Source: a virus. Taken from it: DNA of 64,000 nt. The position numbers and the translations under genes are program-made. Positions 1 through 10,900 of this stretch are shown in pieces (position 1 is the first letter of the stretch; each line of letters begins with the position of its first letter). The notes under the pieces are model-generated. The model searched no databases. It was not told the origin of the DNA and saw nothing but the letters and a program-made list of their open reading frames with translations. The DNA is taken from positions 1 through 64,000 of the IMG/VR virus record IMGVR_UViG_3300005841_000936; one strand, given 5' to 3'.

Positions 1-522
1 TTACATCTGCAGGTACAACCAATAAGCCGTGGTCGCGGCGGGATACCAAGCCAAGATCGAAAGCACAAACCAACGCCAGCGTCGAGGGTTCGACTCAAGA
101 GGCGTGAGCAGGTGACCCAGACCGGCAAGGCACGCCAACGTAACGAACGTGATGTTCAGCGCCAGGTCTGTCGTGCTTTGCGAAGCTCGATTTAGGGTCG
201 CGAACACCGTGCCCATAAAGACATAGCCAAGCGATGACATCGACACGAACAGAGCGAGTCGATGAGACTTGTCGTATCGATAGGGGCTGATTGCCTCGAT
301 CGGCAAGGATCGACAGAGAAGGACAGCTTTCACATCGAGCCATGCTGGTGTGACGATCCAGCAAAGAAGATCGTGCAACTCGCGGGGCAACTTGTGCCAT
401 GCGCCTCCGCTTTCACGCCAGGAATGACGCGCGAAGCGGCCGAAGTACACCAGCACATGAGCCCAGATCAAAGCCCAAGCCCAGTAATGGGCGAAGAAGA
501 AGGCTTTGAGCAGATCACTCAT
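1..522 (-). CDS. Hypothetical multi-pass membrane protein at the end of the lysis operon
   Basis: 173 aa with several hydrophobic segments; ATGA overlap with the upstream ORF. Confidence 0.6.
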   Translation of the reverse strand: MSDLLKAFFFAHYWAWALIWAHVLVYFGRFARHSWRESGGAWHKLPRELHDLLCWIVTPAWLDVKAVLLCRSLPIEAISPYRYDKSHRLALFVSMSSLGYVFMGTVFATLNRASQSTTDLALNITFVTLACLAGLGHLLTPLESNPRRWRWFVLSILAWYPAATTAYWLYLQM

Positions 523-707
523 GCAAAAATTCCCTTGCTCGCAGCACCGATGTTGCTGAGCGCGCGGCTAACATTCTCCGCTTTTTCAACAACATCCCGA
601 CGGGCAACCGTATTATCGTTGAGTGCTTGCAGCAAAGCGTCATCCCGTGTGGAGCACCGCGGTGGATAGAGCAGTCCGTAGAGATACCCGAAGAGGCGAA
701 GGTTCAT
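519..707 (-). CDS. Small hypothetical protein (62 aa, MNLRLFGYLY...)
   Basis: Internal Met of ORF 519..1232; ATGA overlaps at both ends (704-707 and 519-522). Confidence 0.6.
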   Translation of the reverse strand: MNLRLFGYLYGLLYPPRCSTRDDALLQALNDNTVARRDVVEKAENVSRALSNIGAASKGIFA

Positions 708-997
708 GGTCCCGTCTCTGTTGGAATGGACGGCAAGTTCAGGGCGCTCTCGATACGCGAAAGGGCCACCGCCACGCTCATATGGGACGCCGTCGAATTC
801 CGCACCACTTCGACAAGCGCTTCCGTCGTAGTACGGTCGCTCGCGTCCTTGGTTGCGAGCGCCTTCAAGAGGTGAATGATCAGGCGATACATCAGGTAAA
901 TGACGATCAGCAGGGCCATGATTACGGCCCCGTCCACGCCCAGTCCCTGGAAGACTTTGAAGAGTTCGCCGAGACCTTCCATCAGGGGTTCTGGCAT
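704..997 (-). CDS. Putative holin-like single-TM protein
   Basis: N-terminal TM segment (GAVIMALLIVIYLMY) plus coiled tail; lies in the lysis cassette. Confidence 0.5.
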   Translation of the reverse strand: MPEPLMEGLGELFKVFQGLGVDGAVIMALLIVIYLMYRLIIHLLKALATKDASDRTTTEALVEVVRNSTASHMSVAVALSRIESALNLPSIPTETGP

Positions 998-1272
998 CGG
1001 TCAAGAGCCGCCTCCACTTGGTCCGAATAGCCCCCTTCAGCTTCGTACTTGCCCAACTGAGCCTGGGCTTTCGCGTTCCGTTCCACCGCGGTGGGCGGCA
1101 TCGGTTGATTGCGCAGGGCCTCAGGACGCAGCTTGCGTAGACGCTCACGTTCCTCCGCTGGTGGGCAGGCCACAGGCTTACTAACGTAGACGATCTGCGT
1201 AACGGTCTCGACGGGACGCGCCTTCTCAGCACATGCGGAGAGCAGGACCAGGAGGATAAGGAGGTATCTCAT
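982..1272 (-). CDS. o-spanin (Rz1-like lipoprotein)
   Basis: Lipobox MRYLLILLVLLSA-C; Pro-rich; ATGA overlap with the i-spanin stop. Confidence 0.75.
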   Translation of the reverse strand: MRYLLILLVLLSACAEKARPVETVTQIVYVSKPVACPPAEERERLRKLRPEALRNQPMPPTAVERNAKAQAQLGKYEAEGGYSDQVEAALDRCQNP

Positions 1273-1766
1273 TTCCAGCCCTTCCACGCCTGCTTGCTAT
1301 CTTCTTCGATTAGACCCTGGTCCTTGGCCGGGATGCCTGTCGATTTCCGGTGTTCAAGCTCGGCGATCGTACGCTGCGCCGCGGCGAACTTCTTCGTGTT
1401 CTCGCTCTGAACACGCACCAGAGCGGCGTCAGCCTGGTTGGCACGGGCCTTCGCAGCGAGGGTTTCCTTGCTGATTGACTTCAACGCCGCGCGTGCGTTG
1501 GTACGATCTCGCACCAGACCAGCAAGTGCGCCTTTGACCTGTGCCGGCTTGAGCATCTTTCCGTCAGGTACCGTGGCCGCGCTGACAGCCTCGGTGACGT
1601 CCTTTTGCCACACGATCAGCACGTCACGCTGCACGATAGCTTCGTCACGCTGATACTTGGTTACGACATAGAGGCACGAGACCGCGAGCAGTGGTATCAA
1701 GAACCACAGGCGCTTGGCCCATTTAAGGGCGGTGACCCACGGGCTGACAAGTTCCAGGGCACTCAT
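1269..1766 (-). CDS. i-spanin (Rz-like)
   Basis: N-terminal TM segment followed by a long Ala-rich coiled coil; directly upstream of the lipoprotein. Confidence 0.75.
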   Translation of the reverse strand: MSALELVSPWVTALKWAKRLWFLIPLLAVSCLYVVTKYQRDEAIVQRDVLIVWQKDVTEAVSAATVPDGKMLKPAQVKGALAGLVRDRTNARAALKSISKETLAAKARANQADAALVRVQSENTKKFAAAQRTIAELEHRKSTGIPAKDQGLIEEDSKQAWKGWK

Positions 1767-2142
1767 TTAGATGTCTCCGATAGGGTGACATCACCCTCGA
1801 TATGAGTCTCGGAATCTGAGCCGATCTTGCCGCCGATGCCACCGGGGCCTGTGAATTGAACGTTGGCTTTAACCGCGGTCACAACGATGGCGATGTAGGA
1901 CAGGACAGGCCAAGCACCAGCAGCAGGCCAATGATAGTGTGGTCCTTAATCGCGAGAATGGCGCTCAGAATACTGGAGCAATCCTCTGGTCGTAGGCCAG
2001 CTGCTTTGGCAGATCCGATCTGGACACCGCACCAATGCGAGGGCGTTAGTCCGAACAACTGCCAGATGAGGATGGCCGCGATGACTGGCGCGAATAGGAT
2101 GATGGCCCAGACGGTCCACCCGATATGGTTCTTTTCGCTCAT
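1763..2142 (-). pseudogene. Membrane protein (holin/antiholin candidate) frameshifted by a 5-bp duplication
   Basis: As read it stops at 1879 (87 aa). Removing one AGGAC unit at 1897-1906 gives a 124-aa ORF whose TGA overlaps the i-spanin ATG. Confidence 0.65.
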
Positions 2143-2828
2143 GGTCTGAGCCTTTTGGCGTAATTGTGTCGCAGCTTGTTGCCGTAATCGTTCAGCCGCC
2201 AGCCGGTGCCGTTGTAACGCTCGGCGACCTTGTCCCAATCCTTCGCACGGATGGCCTTCAGGAGGACCGCGTCCGATGAAACGAATTTGATAAAGGCGTA
2301 GAGCTGGTCGGCTTCGGTCTGGGCTTGCCGCCACGCGAATGCCCACGGTGATACGGCGTCACACCGTTTGAAGTTCTCTCCGAGGATCTGAAACCCACCG
2401 TACGAGCAGGACGCAAAGCCGGCATCGACGTCCAGACAGACAGCTTCGACTAGCTGGTCATAGCGCGCCTGTTGGCTGCGAGGATATTTCGACCGGTCCC
2501 AGTTACGATATGAGATACGTGGATTGCTCGCATCGTAGCGATGGCCGGTTGCCCGGCTGAACCGATGCGGCTCGAATAAAATGGCGGGTCGACCCTCGAT
2601 GAACGACTGACCCGAGCTCTCCGTGTCATACAATGTCCACACACTGGCCGTGTCGACGCGAAGCTCGCGGGCCGCTTCCTCCGCATCAGCCACCTCGAGC
2701 AGATAGTCCGGACCATTGGTGAGGGCTGCGAAGATGGCATCTTTGGTGAGCTGACCAGGCTTACCGTCAAGCGGACCCATGTAGCATCCCAGCTCCTGAA
2801 GCGACGTCTGGAGCTGAAGGACATTCAT
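2139..2828 (-). CDS. Endolysin: peptidoglycan-binding domain plus N-acetylmuramidase (DUF3380 family)
   Basis: LQTSL...DGKPG PG-binding motif; ESSG, ILFEPHRF, SYGGFQILGEN and YNG motifs. Confidence 0.85.
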   Translation of the reverse strand: MNVLQLQTSLQELGCYMGPLDGKPGQLTKDAIFAALTNGPDYLLEVADAEEAARELRVDTASVWTLYDTESSGQSFIEGRPAILFEPHRFSRATGHRYDASNPRISYRNWDRSKYPRSQQARYDQLVEAVCLDVDAGFASCSYGGFQILGENFKRCDAVSPWAFAWRQAQTEADQLYAFIKFVSSDAVLLKAIRAKDWDKVAERYNGTGWRLNDYGNKLRHNYAKRLRP

Positions 2829-2895
2829 AGCAAATTACCTGGTCTGTTGCCGCAAGTTGGTTGCGACATTCCAAGGCGACTCTCAGGAGTATCTG

Positions 2896-4827
2896 ATGAT
2901 CAAGCACCTTAAGTACGCCGTTACATTTCCTAGCAACGGGCTCAGTTTCTCTGGCGACTATAGCTTTCAACCGGGGATAACCGCGGTCACCGGCGAGAAC
3001 TGGTCAGGCAAAAGCCTCGGCACAATCGAGATGATTCGCTATGGGCTGTTCGGGAAGAAGGCCCTGCGGGGCCCTGCTGCCGACTATCGATCTCTATCGA
3101 TGATCATGAGCTTTGAGGTTGGCGGACAAGGCTATCAAGTCACTCGCACGCACCAGAAGGAAATCCTGTACCTCGGTTTTGAAGCTGGAGAGACAGAAGT
3201 TCTGGCTGTCGGCGCCGACGCCGTGAACAAGCGCATCATTCAGATCCTCGGCTTCGGCCTCGATGTCTTCGACATCGCATGCGCGTGCAATCAGAAGGAA
3301 AGCGAGCGCCTTACCCGGCTGACGCCGGCCGGTCGTAAGCAACTCATTGATGAAGTCGTCGGTCTCACGTCGCAGGAAGCAGTCGAAAAGGCATGCCGCG
3401 AGGAAGCCAAGGGGCTAAGACGTGAGGCCGACGGCTTAGCGCAGGCGCTTGTTGTGCCTGTCAAGCCGGACAAACCAGTTTCATATCGAAACTCAACTAA
3501 GGTTGCTTTGGATCTTGCCGTTGCCAAGGCATATGAGATCGAGCGTGACGGGCTGCAGCGTATCATCAATGCAGTAGGCAATGAGCCGCCGCAACCGGTG
3601 GATGCCGAGGTTGATATCGCCGCCCTAGAGCAGCATGAGCGCAATCGTCTGGACACTGAAACCCGGCGGCGCGAGCTCGCGCGGCAGGTCGAGGCCATCC
3701 CGGTCACCACCTACACCGCCGAAGAGATCAAGGCGGCGGAAGCTTGGGTGCAGTATGATAACGAAGTAGCACGGCGTGGACCGCGCCCGGAACACTCACC
3801 AGCGGAGCTGACGGCATGGGCTCGATTGTGGGTACAGAAGGCTGACGCTGAACGCAGTGTTACCTGCCCTAAATGCAACCATGAGTTCAATCCCCAGTTT
3901 GATGTTGATGTTGAAGCTGTCCGAGCCCTGCCGGATCCACCGATCTCCCGAGATGAGATCCGGGTCCAGGAAGATAGGCACACCCAGTGGCGGATGGAGC
4001 TTTTAGAACCAACCGGGGCGAGAATCCCTCACAAGGAACTGCAGGCCGCACACACTGCCATCGTGCGTGCTAATGACCGAGCTAAGTTGGCCGATCAATT
4101 GGCCGATCTTGGAGCACCGCTCCCAGATCGCTCTTCCGAGCTGACAATGGGTCGGGAGATCAACACCCGGTGGGCCATCTATCGATCTGAGCTTGAGCAG
4201 TATGAGATGCGCCGCGCCAAAGGTAAGGATGCTCAGCAGGCTCTTACAGCCTTGAAGGCACCGAAGCGCACGGTGGCTCATCTTGACGCTGAGTTCGTTG
4301 CCGCCCGGGTGTATGAGACCCAGCTCGAGTCTTATGCGGAGAATAGAGCCCGATTCGACGCACTAACTGCGGAGATTGGGGAAAAGCAAACCCGAGCCGA
4401 CGGGTTCACCGCCGGCGCCAAGGGCCTCGTTGAGGCGCGACGTACGCTCAAGGCCTATCTCGCCCCTTCTCTCAGCCGCGTGGCCTCAGCCCTGATGGCG
4501 CAGATGACGCTGGGTGCTTACACGCACGTCGCTGTCGACGAGGATATGAACATCTTCGTCAACGCTCAGGACGTGAGCACTCTGTCAGGCGCGGGTGCCA
4601 CCATTGCGAACTTGGCGCTTCGGCTGGCGCTGGGCCAGGTGCTCGTGAACCGCGTGTTCCCGGTCTTCATCGGTGACGAGATCGACAGTGACATGCGCGA
4701 CGGCAACGCTCAGGCCACGGCCGAGGCGCTGGGGAATTTGAAGGACCAGTTGAAACAGATCATCCTCATCTCGCATAAGCGGATTGAGAATGCCGACCAG
4801 GAGATCGACCTTGACCTCGCCGCGTAA
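2896..4827 (+). CDS. SbcC/Rad50 (gp46-like) SMC-family ATPase
   Basis: Walker A GENWSGKS, CPKC zinc hook, LSGAG signature, DEID Walker B, ISH; AGGAG RBS at 2885. Confidence 0.85.
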   Translation: MIKHLKYAVTFPSNGLSFSGDYSFQPGITAVTGENWSGKSLGTIEMIRYGLFGKKALRGPAADYRSLSMIMSFEVGGQGYQVTRTHQKEILYLGFEAGETEVLAVGADAVNKRIIQILGFGLDVFDIACACNQKESERLTRLTPAGRKQLIDEVVGLTSQEAVEKACREEAKGLRREADGLAQALVVPVKPDKPVSYRNSTKVALDLAVAKAYEIERDGLQRIINAVGNEPPQPVDAEVDIAALEQHERNRLDTETRRRELARQVEAIPVTTYTAEEIKAAEAWVQYDNEVARRGPRPEHSPAELTAWARLWVQKADAERSVTCPKCNHEFNPQFDVDVEAVRALPDPPISRDEIRVQEDRHTQWRMELLEPTGARIPHKELQAAHTAIVRANDRAKLADQLADLGAPLPDRSSELTMGREINTRWAIYRSELEQYEMRRAKGKDAQQALTALKAPKRTVAHLDAEFVAARVYETQLESYAENRARFDALTAEIGEKQTRADGFTAGAKGLVEARRTLKAYLAPSLSRVASALMAQMTLGAYTHVAVDEDMNIFVNAQDVSTLSGAGATIANLALRLALGQVLVNRVFPVFIGDEIDSDMRDGNAQATAEALGNLKDQLKQIILISHKRIENADQEIDLDLAA

Positions 4828-5146
4828 TCCGCCGCCTCTTCCTGAGAGGAAAGAGGGTGAGGAGAATCAGTCGATCTGGTTCGTAAAGAATGGGACACAT
4901 GTTGAGATGACTGACGAACCTGCGTACGCCACCATTGACGATGTTCGTAACGAGTTCGACCTAGCGGGTGCCAGATTCGAACCTGGATCAATCCGTACGG
5001 CCAACATCGTGGCTGACAACTTTGGCTTCGGTGATGGGGTGCTGACGATCACTCGCGAAGGTGAGTTCATTCTCGGTCCAAAGGCCACGCCACAGGACGC
5101 GGCGCTGGCGATCAAAGAAGCGTGGGATCGGATGATGGGGAAATGA
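4784..5146 (+). CDS. Hypothetical protein (start uncertain)
   Basis: Fills the gap in the + strand run; ATGA overlap with the next gene. Confidence 0.5.
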   Translation: MRMPTRRSTLTSPRNPPPLPERKEGEENQSIWFVKNGTHVEMTDEPAYATIDDVRNEFDLAGARFEPGSIRTANIVADNFGFGDGVLTITREGEFILGPKATPQDAALAIKEAWDRMMGK

Positions 5147-5478
5147 CCATGCTCGAAGAATGGCAGCACCACATCAAGGGCGAGGAAGGCCTATCGCTTT
5201 GTGGCGAAAAGATCGGGCTCGACTTTGCCCTTGTCGATTTCCAGCATGCAGTTGGATGTATCACGACCGGCAGTCGGCTGCTCCCCTGCCCTGCGTGCTG
5301 GGCTGCTGTCCTTGCAATTGCCGAGAAGGATCCGCAGCGGTTCAAAACGCCCGACTCTGACCCAGCATACGGGGGTATTATGTGGGGATACGTTCGCAAC
5401 GATGGTGCGAAGTACGGTCCCGACAAGCCTGGTCTTTATGAATTTCCAAACCCACCCCCATTTAAGTGGCCGATATGA
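5143..5478 (+). CDS. Hypothetical protein with CxxC (possible Zn finger)
   Basis: H..SLCG...CPAC pattern; translationally coupled. Confidence 0.55.
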   Translation: MTMLEEWQHHIKGEEGLSLCGEKIGLDFALVDFQHAVGCITTGSRLLPCPACWAAVLAIAEKDPQRFKTPDSDPAYGGIMWGYVRNDGAKYGPDKPGLYEFPNPPPFKWPI

Positions 5479-5638
5479 CCGGTACGATTGTGACGAACAA
5501 GTTCTACGATCCGACAAGCGATCCGAAGTGTTATGGTATAACTCACAACCCTCCGACGAAGTGACTCGGTAACTCCAGACCCTACCCTCGCTTCTCTGAA
5601 TCCCCGCGGGCTAAGCCACTCCGACAAGGAGTAGTTTA

Positions 5639-6016
5639 ATGACCCCCGATCACGCAGAAGAAATACTTACCGAGTTCCGGCGGGTCCGGAGCCCATTCAA
5701 AGTTGCGAAGAACCTGGGCTTCGACATCGAGACGGTCTGGGACGTCATCGATGCCACGCCCGACGCCCTCGCCAACCATGTTGAGCGTTACGGTGGTGAG
5801 GGTCGTCCTGACCTTCGCCCGTTCATCGTTGCCAAGATCAAGTCGGACCAACGGTGGGACAACGATGATCCGCCGATCGCAGCGGCTCGCGCCGCATACG
5901 AGGCCGGCACTCACGACATGCAGCAGCACCGCGACGGCAGCTGGAAATTCCTACTGTCCGTTCCCAATCGCCGCGTCGTGCCGCGGCCGGATTACTTCAA
6001 ACCGGAGATGATCTGA
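5639..6016 (+). CDS. Hypothetical protein, possible N-terminal HTH
   Basis: [20 protein letters not shown]; AAGGAG RBS; abuts thyA. Confidence 0.6.
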   Translation: MTPDHAEEILTEFRRVRSPFKVAKNLGFDIETVWDVIDATPDALANHVERYGGEGRPDLRPFIVAKIKSDQRWDNDDPPIAAARAAYEAGTHDMQQHRDGSWKFLLSVPNRRVVPRPDYFKPEMI

Positions 6017-6852
6017 TGAATTCCGCCGACAATGAATATCACCACCTTCTGCGCAAGATCATGGCTGAGGGCGAGGTCCGCACCGATCGCACGGGCGTTG
6101 GAACGCTCGCCATCTTCGGCCATCAGATGCGCTTCAATCTCGAGGAAGGCTTTCCGCTCCTGACCACGAAAAAGGTCTGGTGGAAGGGCATCGTTGAGGA
6201 GCTGCTCTGGATCCTTTCCGGATCGACGAACGTGAAGCCGCTCCAGGAAAAGGGCGTTCACATCTGGGACGAGTGGGCTGACGCCGAGGGTGACCTGGGG
6301 CCGGTGTACGGTTCGCAGTGGAGGTCGTGGCCCGCATTCGATCGCGATGGCTCCATTGGAGGCAATGACGGCACGACGATTGATCAGATCGCCGACGTTA
6401 TAAAATCCATTCGGACGAATCCGGACAGCCGGCGTCACCTAGTGACCGCTTGGAATCCGGCCGAGCTACCGGACATGAAGCTGCCGCCCTGTCATCTGCT
6501 GTTCCAGTTCGACGTCACCGCCGACAAGAAGCTGAACTGCCTGCTCTACCAGCGGTCATGCGACGTGTTCCTCGGCGTGCCGTTCAACATCGCCAGCTAC
6601 GCTCTGCTGACCCACATGGTCGCCCACGTTTGTGGCCTAGGCGTTGGGGAATTCATTTGGACGGGCGGCAACACGCACATTTACCTGAACCACCAGGAGC
6701 AGGTTAAGCTGCAGCTCAGCCGTGACAGTTTCGCGCCGCCGACGATTGCCATCAATCCGGAGAAGACCGAGATCGACGACATCATGTTCGAGGACATTGA
6801 GCTCGTCGGGTACGAGTCACACCCAACGATCAGCGCGGAGGTGGCGGTCTGA
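6016..6852 (+). CDS. thyA: Thymidylate synthase
   Basis: [44 protein letters not shown] motifs. Confidence 0.97.
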   Translation: MNSADNEYHHLLRKIMAEGEVRTDRTGVGTLAIFGHQMRFNLEEGFPLLTTKKVWWKGIVEELLWILSGSTNVKPLQEKGVHIWDEWADAEGDLGPVYGSQWRSWPAFDRDGSIGGNDGTTIDQIADVIKSIRTNPDSRRHLVTAWNPAELPDMKLPPCHLLFQFDVTADKKLNCLLYQRSCDVFLGVPFNIASYALLTHMVAHVCGLGVGEFIWTGGNTHIYLNHQEQVKLQLSRDSFAPPTIAINPEKTEIDDIMFEDIELVGYESHPTISAEVAV

Positions 6853-7490
6853 TGGGCGAGTTCTACATGGGGACTGTCGAGACAGCAGAATGGGGCATCC
6901 CCACGGGCCGTTGCAGCCAAGATATTTGTCGTCTCGAAAAAGCAACTGGGGACGAATGCTCGCAGCTGCACCCCTGCCCGCTCAAGGACGACGTCGCCTA
7001 TCGCCTTACCCCTCGCGAAGAGCGTGTCGAGGGCGGTTTAATTTATGAGGAGATTCCTACCGTGGAAATCGCAAGCGCCAAGATTAGTGCAGACCCCGCC
7101 AACCCGAAGGACGTGGCCGGTGCCAAGAAGCCCGACATCAGCCTGCTGCCCTCCGCAGCTCTGCTCCATATGACGGTGGCGATGCAGTGTGGTGCATCAA
7201 AATACGGGCCGTACAACTGGCGCGAGAAGCGCATCAAGGCGCGCGGCTACATCGCGGCTGCGATCCGTCACTGTCAACAGTATCTTGATGGAGAAGACTT
7301 TGACCCGGAAGAAAACGCAGGCCACCATCTGGCTCACGCTATGGCTACATGCGCAATCGTATTGGACGCCCGTGAGACGGGTAATCTCATCGACGACCGC
7401 CCCGCGCCCGGCGTTGCGGGAGAGATGATCAGATACTTCAACGACAATCACTCGTTCGAAGGGTTCAAGGCTTCGGGAACGCAGCCTTGA
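6852..7490 (+). CDS. dATP/dGTP diphosphohydrolase-like protein (DUF5664)
   Basis: KPDISLLP...GASKYGPYNWR...AAIRH...DPE...HLAHA motif. Confidence 0.8.
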   Translation: MGEFYMGTVETAEWGIPTGRCSQDICRLEKATGDECSQLHPCPLKDDVAYRLTPREERVEGGLIYEEIPTVEIASAKISADPANPKDVAGAKKPDISLLPSAALLHMTVAMQCGASKYGPYNWREKRIKARGYIAAAIRHCQQYLDGEDFDPEENAGHHLAHAMATCAIVLDARETGNLIDDRPAPGVAGEMIRYFNDNHSFEGFKASGTQP

Positions 7491-7962
7491 TCGCCTCCTG
7501 AACCGTGATGAATTCGGACTCAGGAATGATATCTTTCAGCGCGTCGTAGAGAGCGCCAAGCTGCTCCCCAACATCGGGATAGGCAGCTTGGCGACTTTCC
7601 ACATATGAGTTGACGTTGAGAATGAACTGTCCCCGCTGTGATCCTTTGATCTCAACCAGCACTCGTCGTGGGACAGATGTGTCGATGGACGTAGCCACTT
7701 CGCCATCCACGAGCGCGACACAATCCTCCGGAATATCGATCTCGTAGGACTGCCCAATAGGCACGACCTTTTCGGTCGGAAGATCTTCGATCTCCTCCGA
7801 GAATACTAGTTCCTTGGTCGTCGGGTTAAACCACACGTCGTTCGGTCGCGTGCCTTGCGGCACCACAGCGAAGAATGGGAAGCCGCCAAGCGGCTCGCTG
7901 TTCTGACAAACCGCTCGGCAAATGCCGTCGGCGTCGAAAAATGCTCGGTGCTCGTTGTTCAT
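7465..7962 (-). CDS. Hypothetical tail-associated protein
   Basis: Start MNNEHRAFF overlaps the J stop (ATGA); C-terminal R..AYP..GEQL..LY as in tail fibre accessory proteins. Confidence 0.6.
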   Translation of the reverse strand: MNNEHRAFFDADGICRAVCQNSEPLGGFPFFAVVPQGTRPNDVWFNPTTKELVFSEEIEDLPTEKVVPIGQSYEIDIPEDCVALVDGEVATSIDTSVPRRVLVEIKGSQRGQFILNVNSYVESRQAAYPDVGEQLGALYDALKDIIPESEFITVQEAIKAAFPKP

Positions 7963-10900
7963 CGCTTGCCTCCCAGGATGACGACCGTGGGCTCGCGCAC
8001 GGCTGAAGCACGAAGGCCGGCACCCGGCCCCATCGCAATCGACACCGCCCTTAAGCGAGCGACAACTTGTGTAACTCCCGCCACCTGATACTGGGCCGAC
8101 CAAGGGGCGAATGAATAAGTGGAGCTGCCGGTAGAGCGCGCACCGCAACGCCAAGTCTTAACAGCCAGGCTGAAGGACGCACCACCGTTCGTGCTGATAT
8201 CCAGATAAATTTGCACGGCAGCATCGATGTCGACGGTGCCGTCGAAATGCCCGGAGACGGTGATAAGGGCCATGCCGCCTATCGCATCGCCCACCACAAC
8301 ATTCGAGGTGGTGCCGATCGTGACGACTGCGCCTGAGTTAGGGACCGAGATGTCACCAAACGTGATGATCGTCGGCACTGTGACCGTGTTTCCAGCGATC
8401 TTCAGCGTGTCGACCGCGCCCGTTCCGATCTTGAGATTGGTGATGATGCCGTTGCCAATTTGAGCAGTGAGCGTGATCAGATTAGCAGTGGACAACTCGT
8501 TGCTGGTGATCGTGTTGGCCGCAAGATGCGAGCCGAGCAGCGTGCCAGTGACAATGTTGCCGCCGGTGATGGTCGTACCAGCGATTTGCCCGCCGGTGAT
8601 CCCTGCTACCGATGAGATCTGAGCCGCGGTGATCGAGCCAGCAAGGAGCTTCGAGGCGTTGATCGTCCCGGTTGTGATGTCCGAACCATCGATGATTGTC
8701 CGACCCATCGTGATCGTGGCATCAGTGCCGCCGCGATACGTGCCGAGGTTGACGTTGTTCGCGGCGTTGGCCGTTGCAGCAACTGTCGTGCTGCTGATCG
8801 TTGTCGCGCCCTTGACCCAGTAAAGGAAGATAGTGCCGGAGGACCAAGCCGCGGAGCCGGCACTGATCGACGCAGTTGTCGAAACGCCGGCATCGTTGAT
8901 GTAATTGATCGTGCCAGCCGTCCAGGCGATGGTGTTTGGAGTGACCGTGGCGCTGCCAACGGTGCTGCGGTTCGCTTCGAATTCGAGCCCGGCGAACTGC
9001 AGTCCGCGCAGCCCGACGACCACAGCATTGGCCGCGACCGAGTTGGCGGCAATGAAGCCGCCGTTAAACAACGATTGATCAGGACCATAGAGCCAGCTCG
9101 AGAGCGGCGTAGCGCCGGTCAACGAGATCTTGCCAGCCGTGATCAATGTCTGCTGAGCGTTGACGCGCGGCGCTACCTGATCATAGGTTCGCAGCGCGAA
9201 GTCGTTTGCGACCCCGCCATGCTCGACCATGATCGCGTCCATGTCGACCATTCGCCGACCGGCCGATCCCTCGACCTGTTGCTCAACATAATAAGTCGTG
9301 CCCGGTGTGAGCCCAGTGATGGCACCGCTAAAGCGGGTCCACCCGGAACCGGTTGCGGGTTGAAACGTGAGCTTACCGCTGCCCGCAAAAATGTTGTGGG
9401 TGGATAGGTTCGTCGTCAGACCAAAGCTAACTGGAAATGGATTATCTGGAGGAGGCCCGCCGGTGCCGACACCCGCAACGCCGCTGTCCTTTAGCCAGAC
9501 GCTGATCATCACCTTATCGGACTGAGCAACGAAGGCTGAGCCAGGATAATAAAAGTAGTGCCCGCCAGCCGCATCGGCGCGAACAAAATTCGGGCTCGCG
9601 ACCGCACCGCCGGTGGTCTGGAGGGTCAGGCTGACACCACCACCGTCAGCGTAGTTTACCTTGGTCGGAAGACCTGTCTCAAAGCTGGCGTCAGGGAACA
9701 GGTTAGCGCCGCCGCCTGGGCCTTTGATCGTATCGAGGATCGTCGATCCGGATCCGAGCTCTTCGATGCATGGGCGCGCAATCTGCAGCCCGGCCATGAC
9801 GCCGGATCCACCGTAATGGATCACGCGCAAAGCTTGATGCGTACCGCCCGGAGCATTCTTCTGGGTGTAATCAGCCGTTGTGAGGCTGACCGCTGCGCCG
9901 GTGGCGGGGTCAAAGATACCTGAGAGGCGAGTGATCGTTCCAGAGAACCCGCTACCGTAAACAACGGCAGCTGCGATGTACCACTTGCCCTTTTGGAGCA
10001 GGTCCGTGCTGATCCCTGCCCCGATAGGGTTCGGGTTATATGCCCCGGTCGTAACGTCGTACGTGTCGGAGAGGTCGAACCCGAGCTGGAAGCCACTGGC
10101 GGCATCAGTGGTGCGCTTGATATAGACGCTGTAGACGTAGGTCTTGGTGGCGTCGAAGCCCTGCCCGGTGCCGACACGACTGAGGAAACCACCACCCGGT
10201 GCGGCGTTGTTGGTGCAAACCCAGACGGGTTCGGGCACACTGTCGGGACCCGGCAAGAGCGCGATCGAATCTGCAGCTGGAAATTCAGCATCGAAGTCTG
10301 GCTGTGTGACAGTCGTGCTGACCGGTCCCACAACCCATTTATCCATCGGCAATAGATTGCTGCTGCGCGCGACCAGCGCGTTGTCAGCGACCGAACCGAG
10401 TTGCGGGCCCCCTGCCCCAATAACCAGCGTGTCAGCGAGAATGCTTGTCGCCGTGAGCCGGTTAGCGTCGAGAGAGTCGACGACGATCCTGTCGCCCAGG
10501 ATAGAGCCGACCGCCATGTGATTGGTCACGATCGAGTTGACCGCGATGTCGGCCGTGCCGGCGATCGCGGTCGTGGTGAACGCGACAGAGGTGAAGGCGG
10601 AGGCGTTGCCCGAGGTGTCGACTGCCTTCAGCCAATAATAACGCGTCGAGCCTGCTGTCAGGCCACCGCGTGTGAACCGACCTGCGGTGCTCGCCGTCGC
10701 CTTGACCGTTGTGATCTTAGTCGCCGTGCTGCTGTCATTGACGATGTTTTCCCAAATCTCGACAGCACTCAGATCAACGGCGGATGGATTGGTCCACTTG
10801 ATGAAGATCGTGCCAATGCTCGGCTCCAGGCCGACGCCAACCGGCACACCCGGCGCGACGGCATCTGTTGCCGCGGTGATCGCGGCGGTCGCGGACCATC

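Noticed and set aside
708-1232. N-terminal part of the 237-aa ORF 519..1232
   Set aside because: Overlaps the holin-like and o-spanin genes out of frame; only 519..707 has a coupled start
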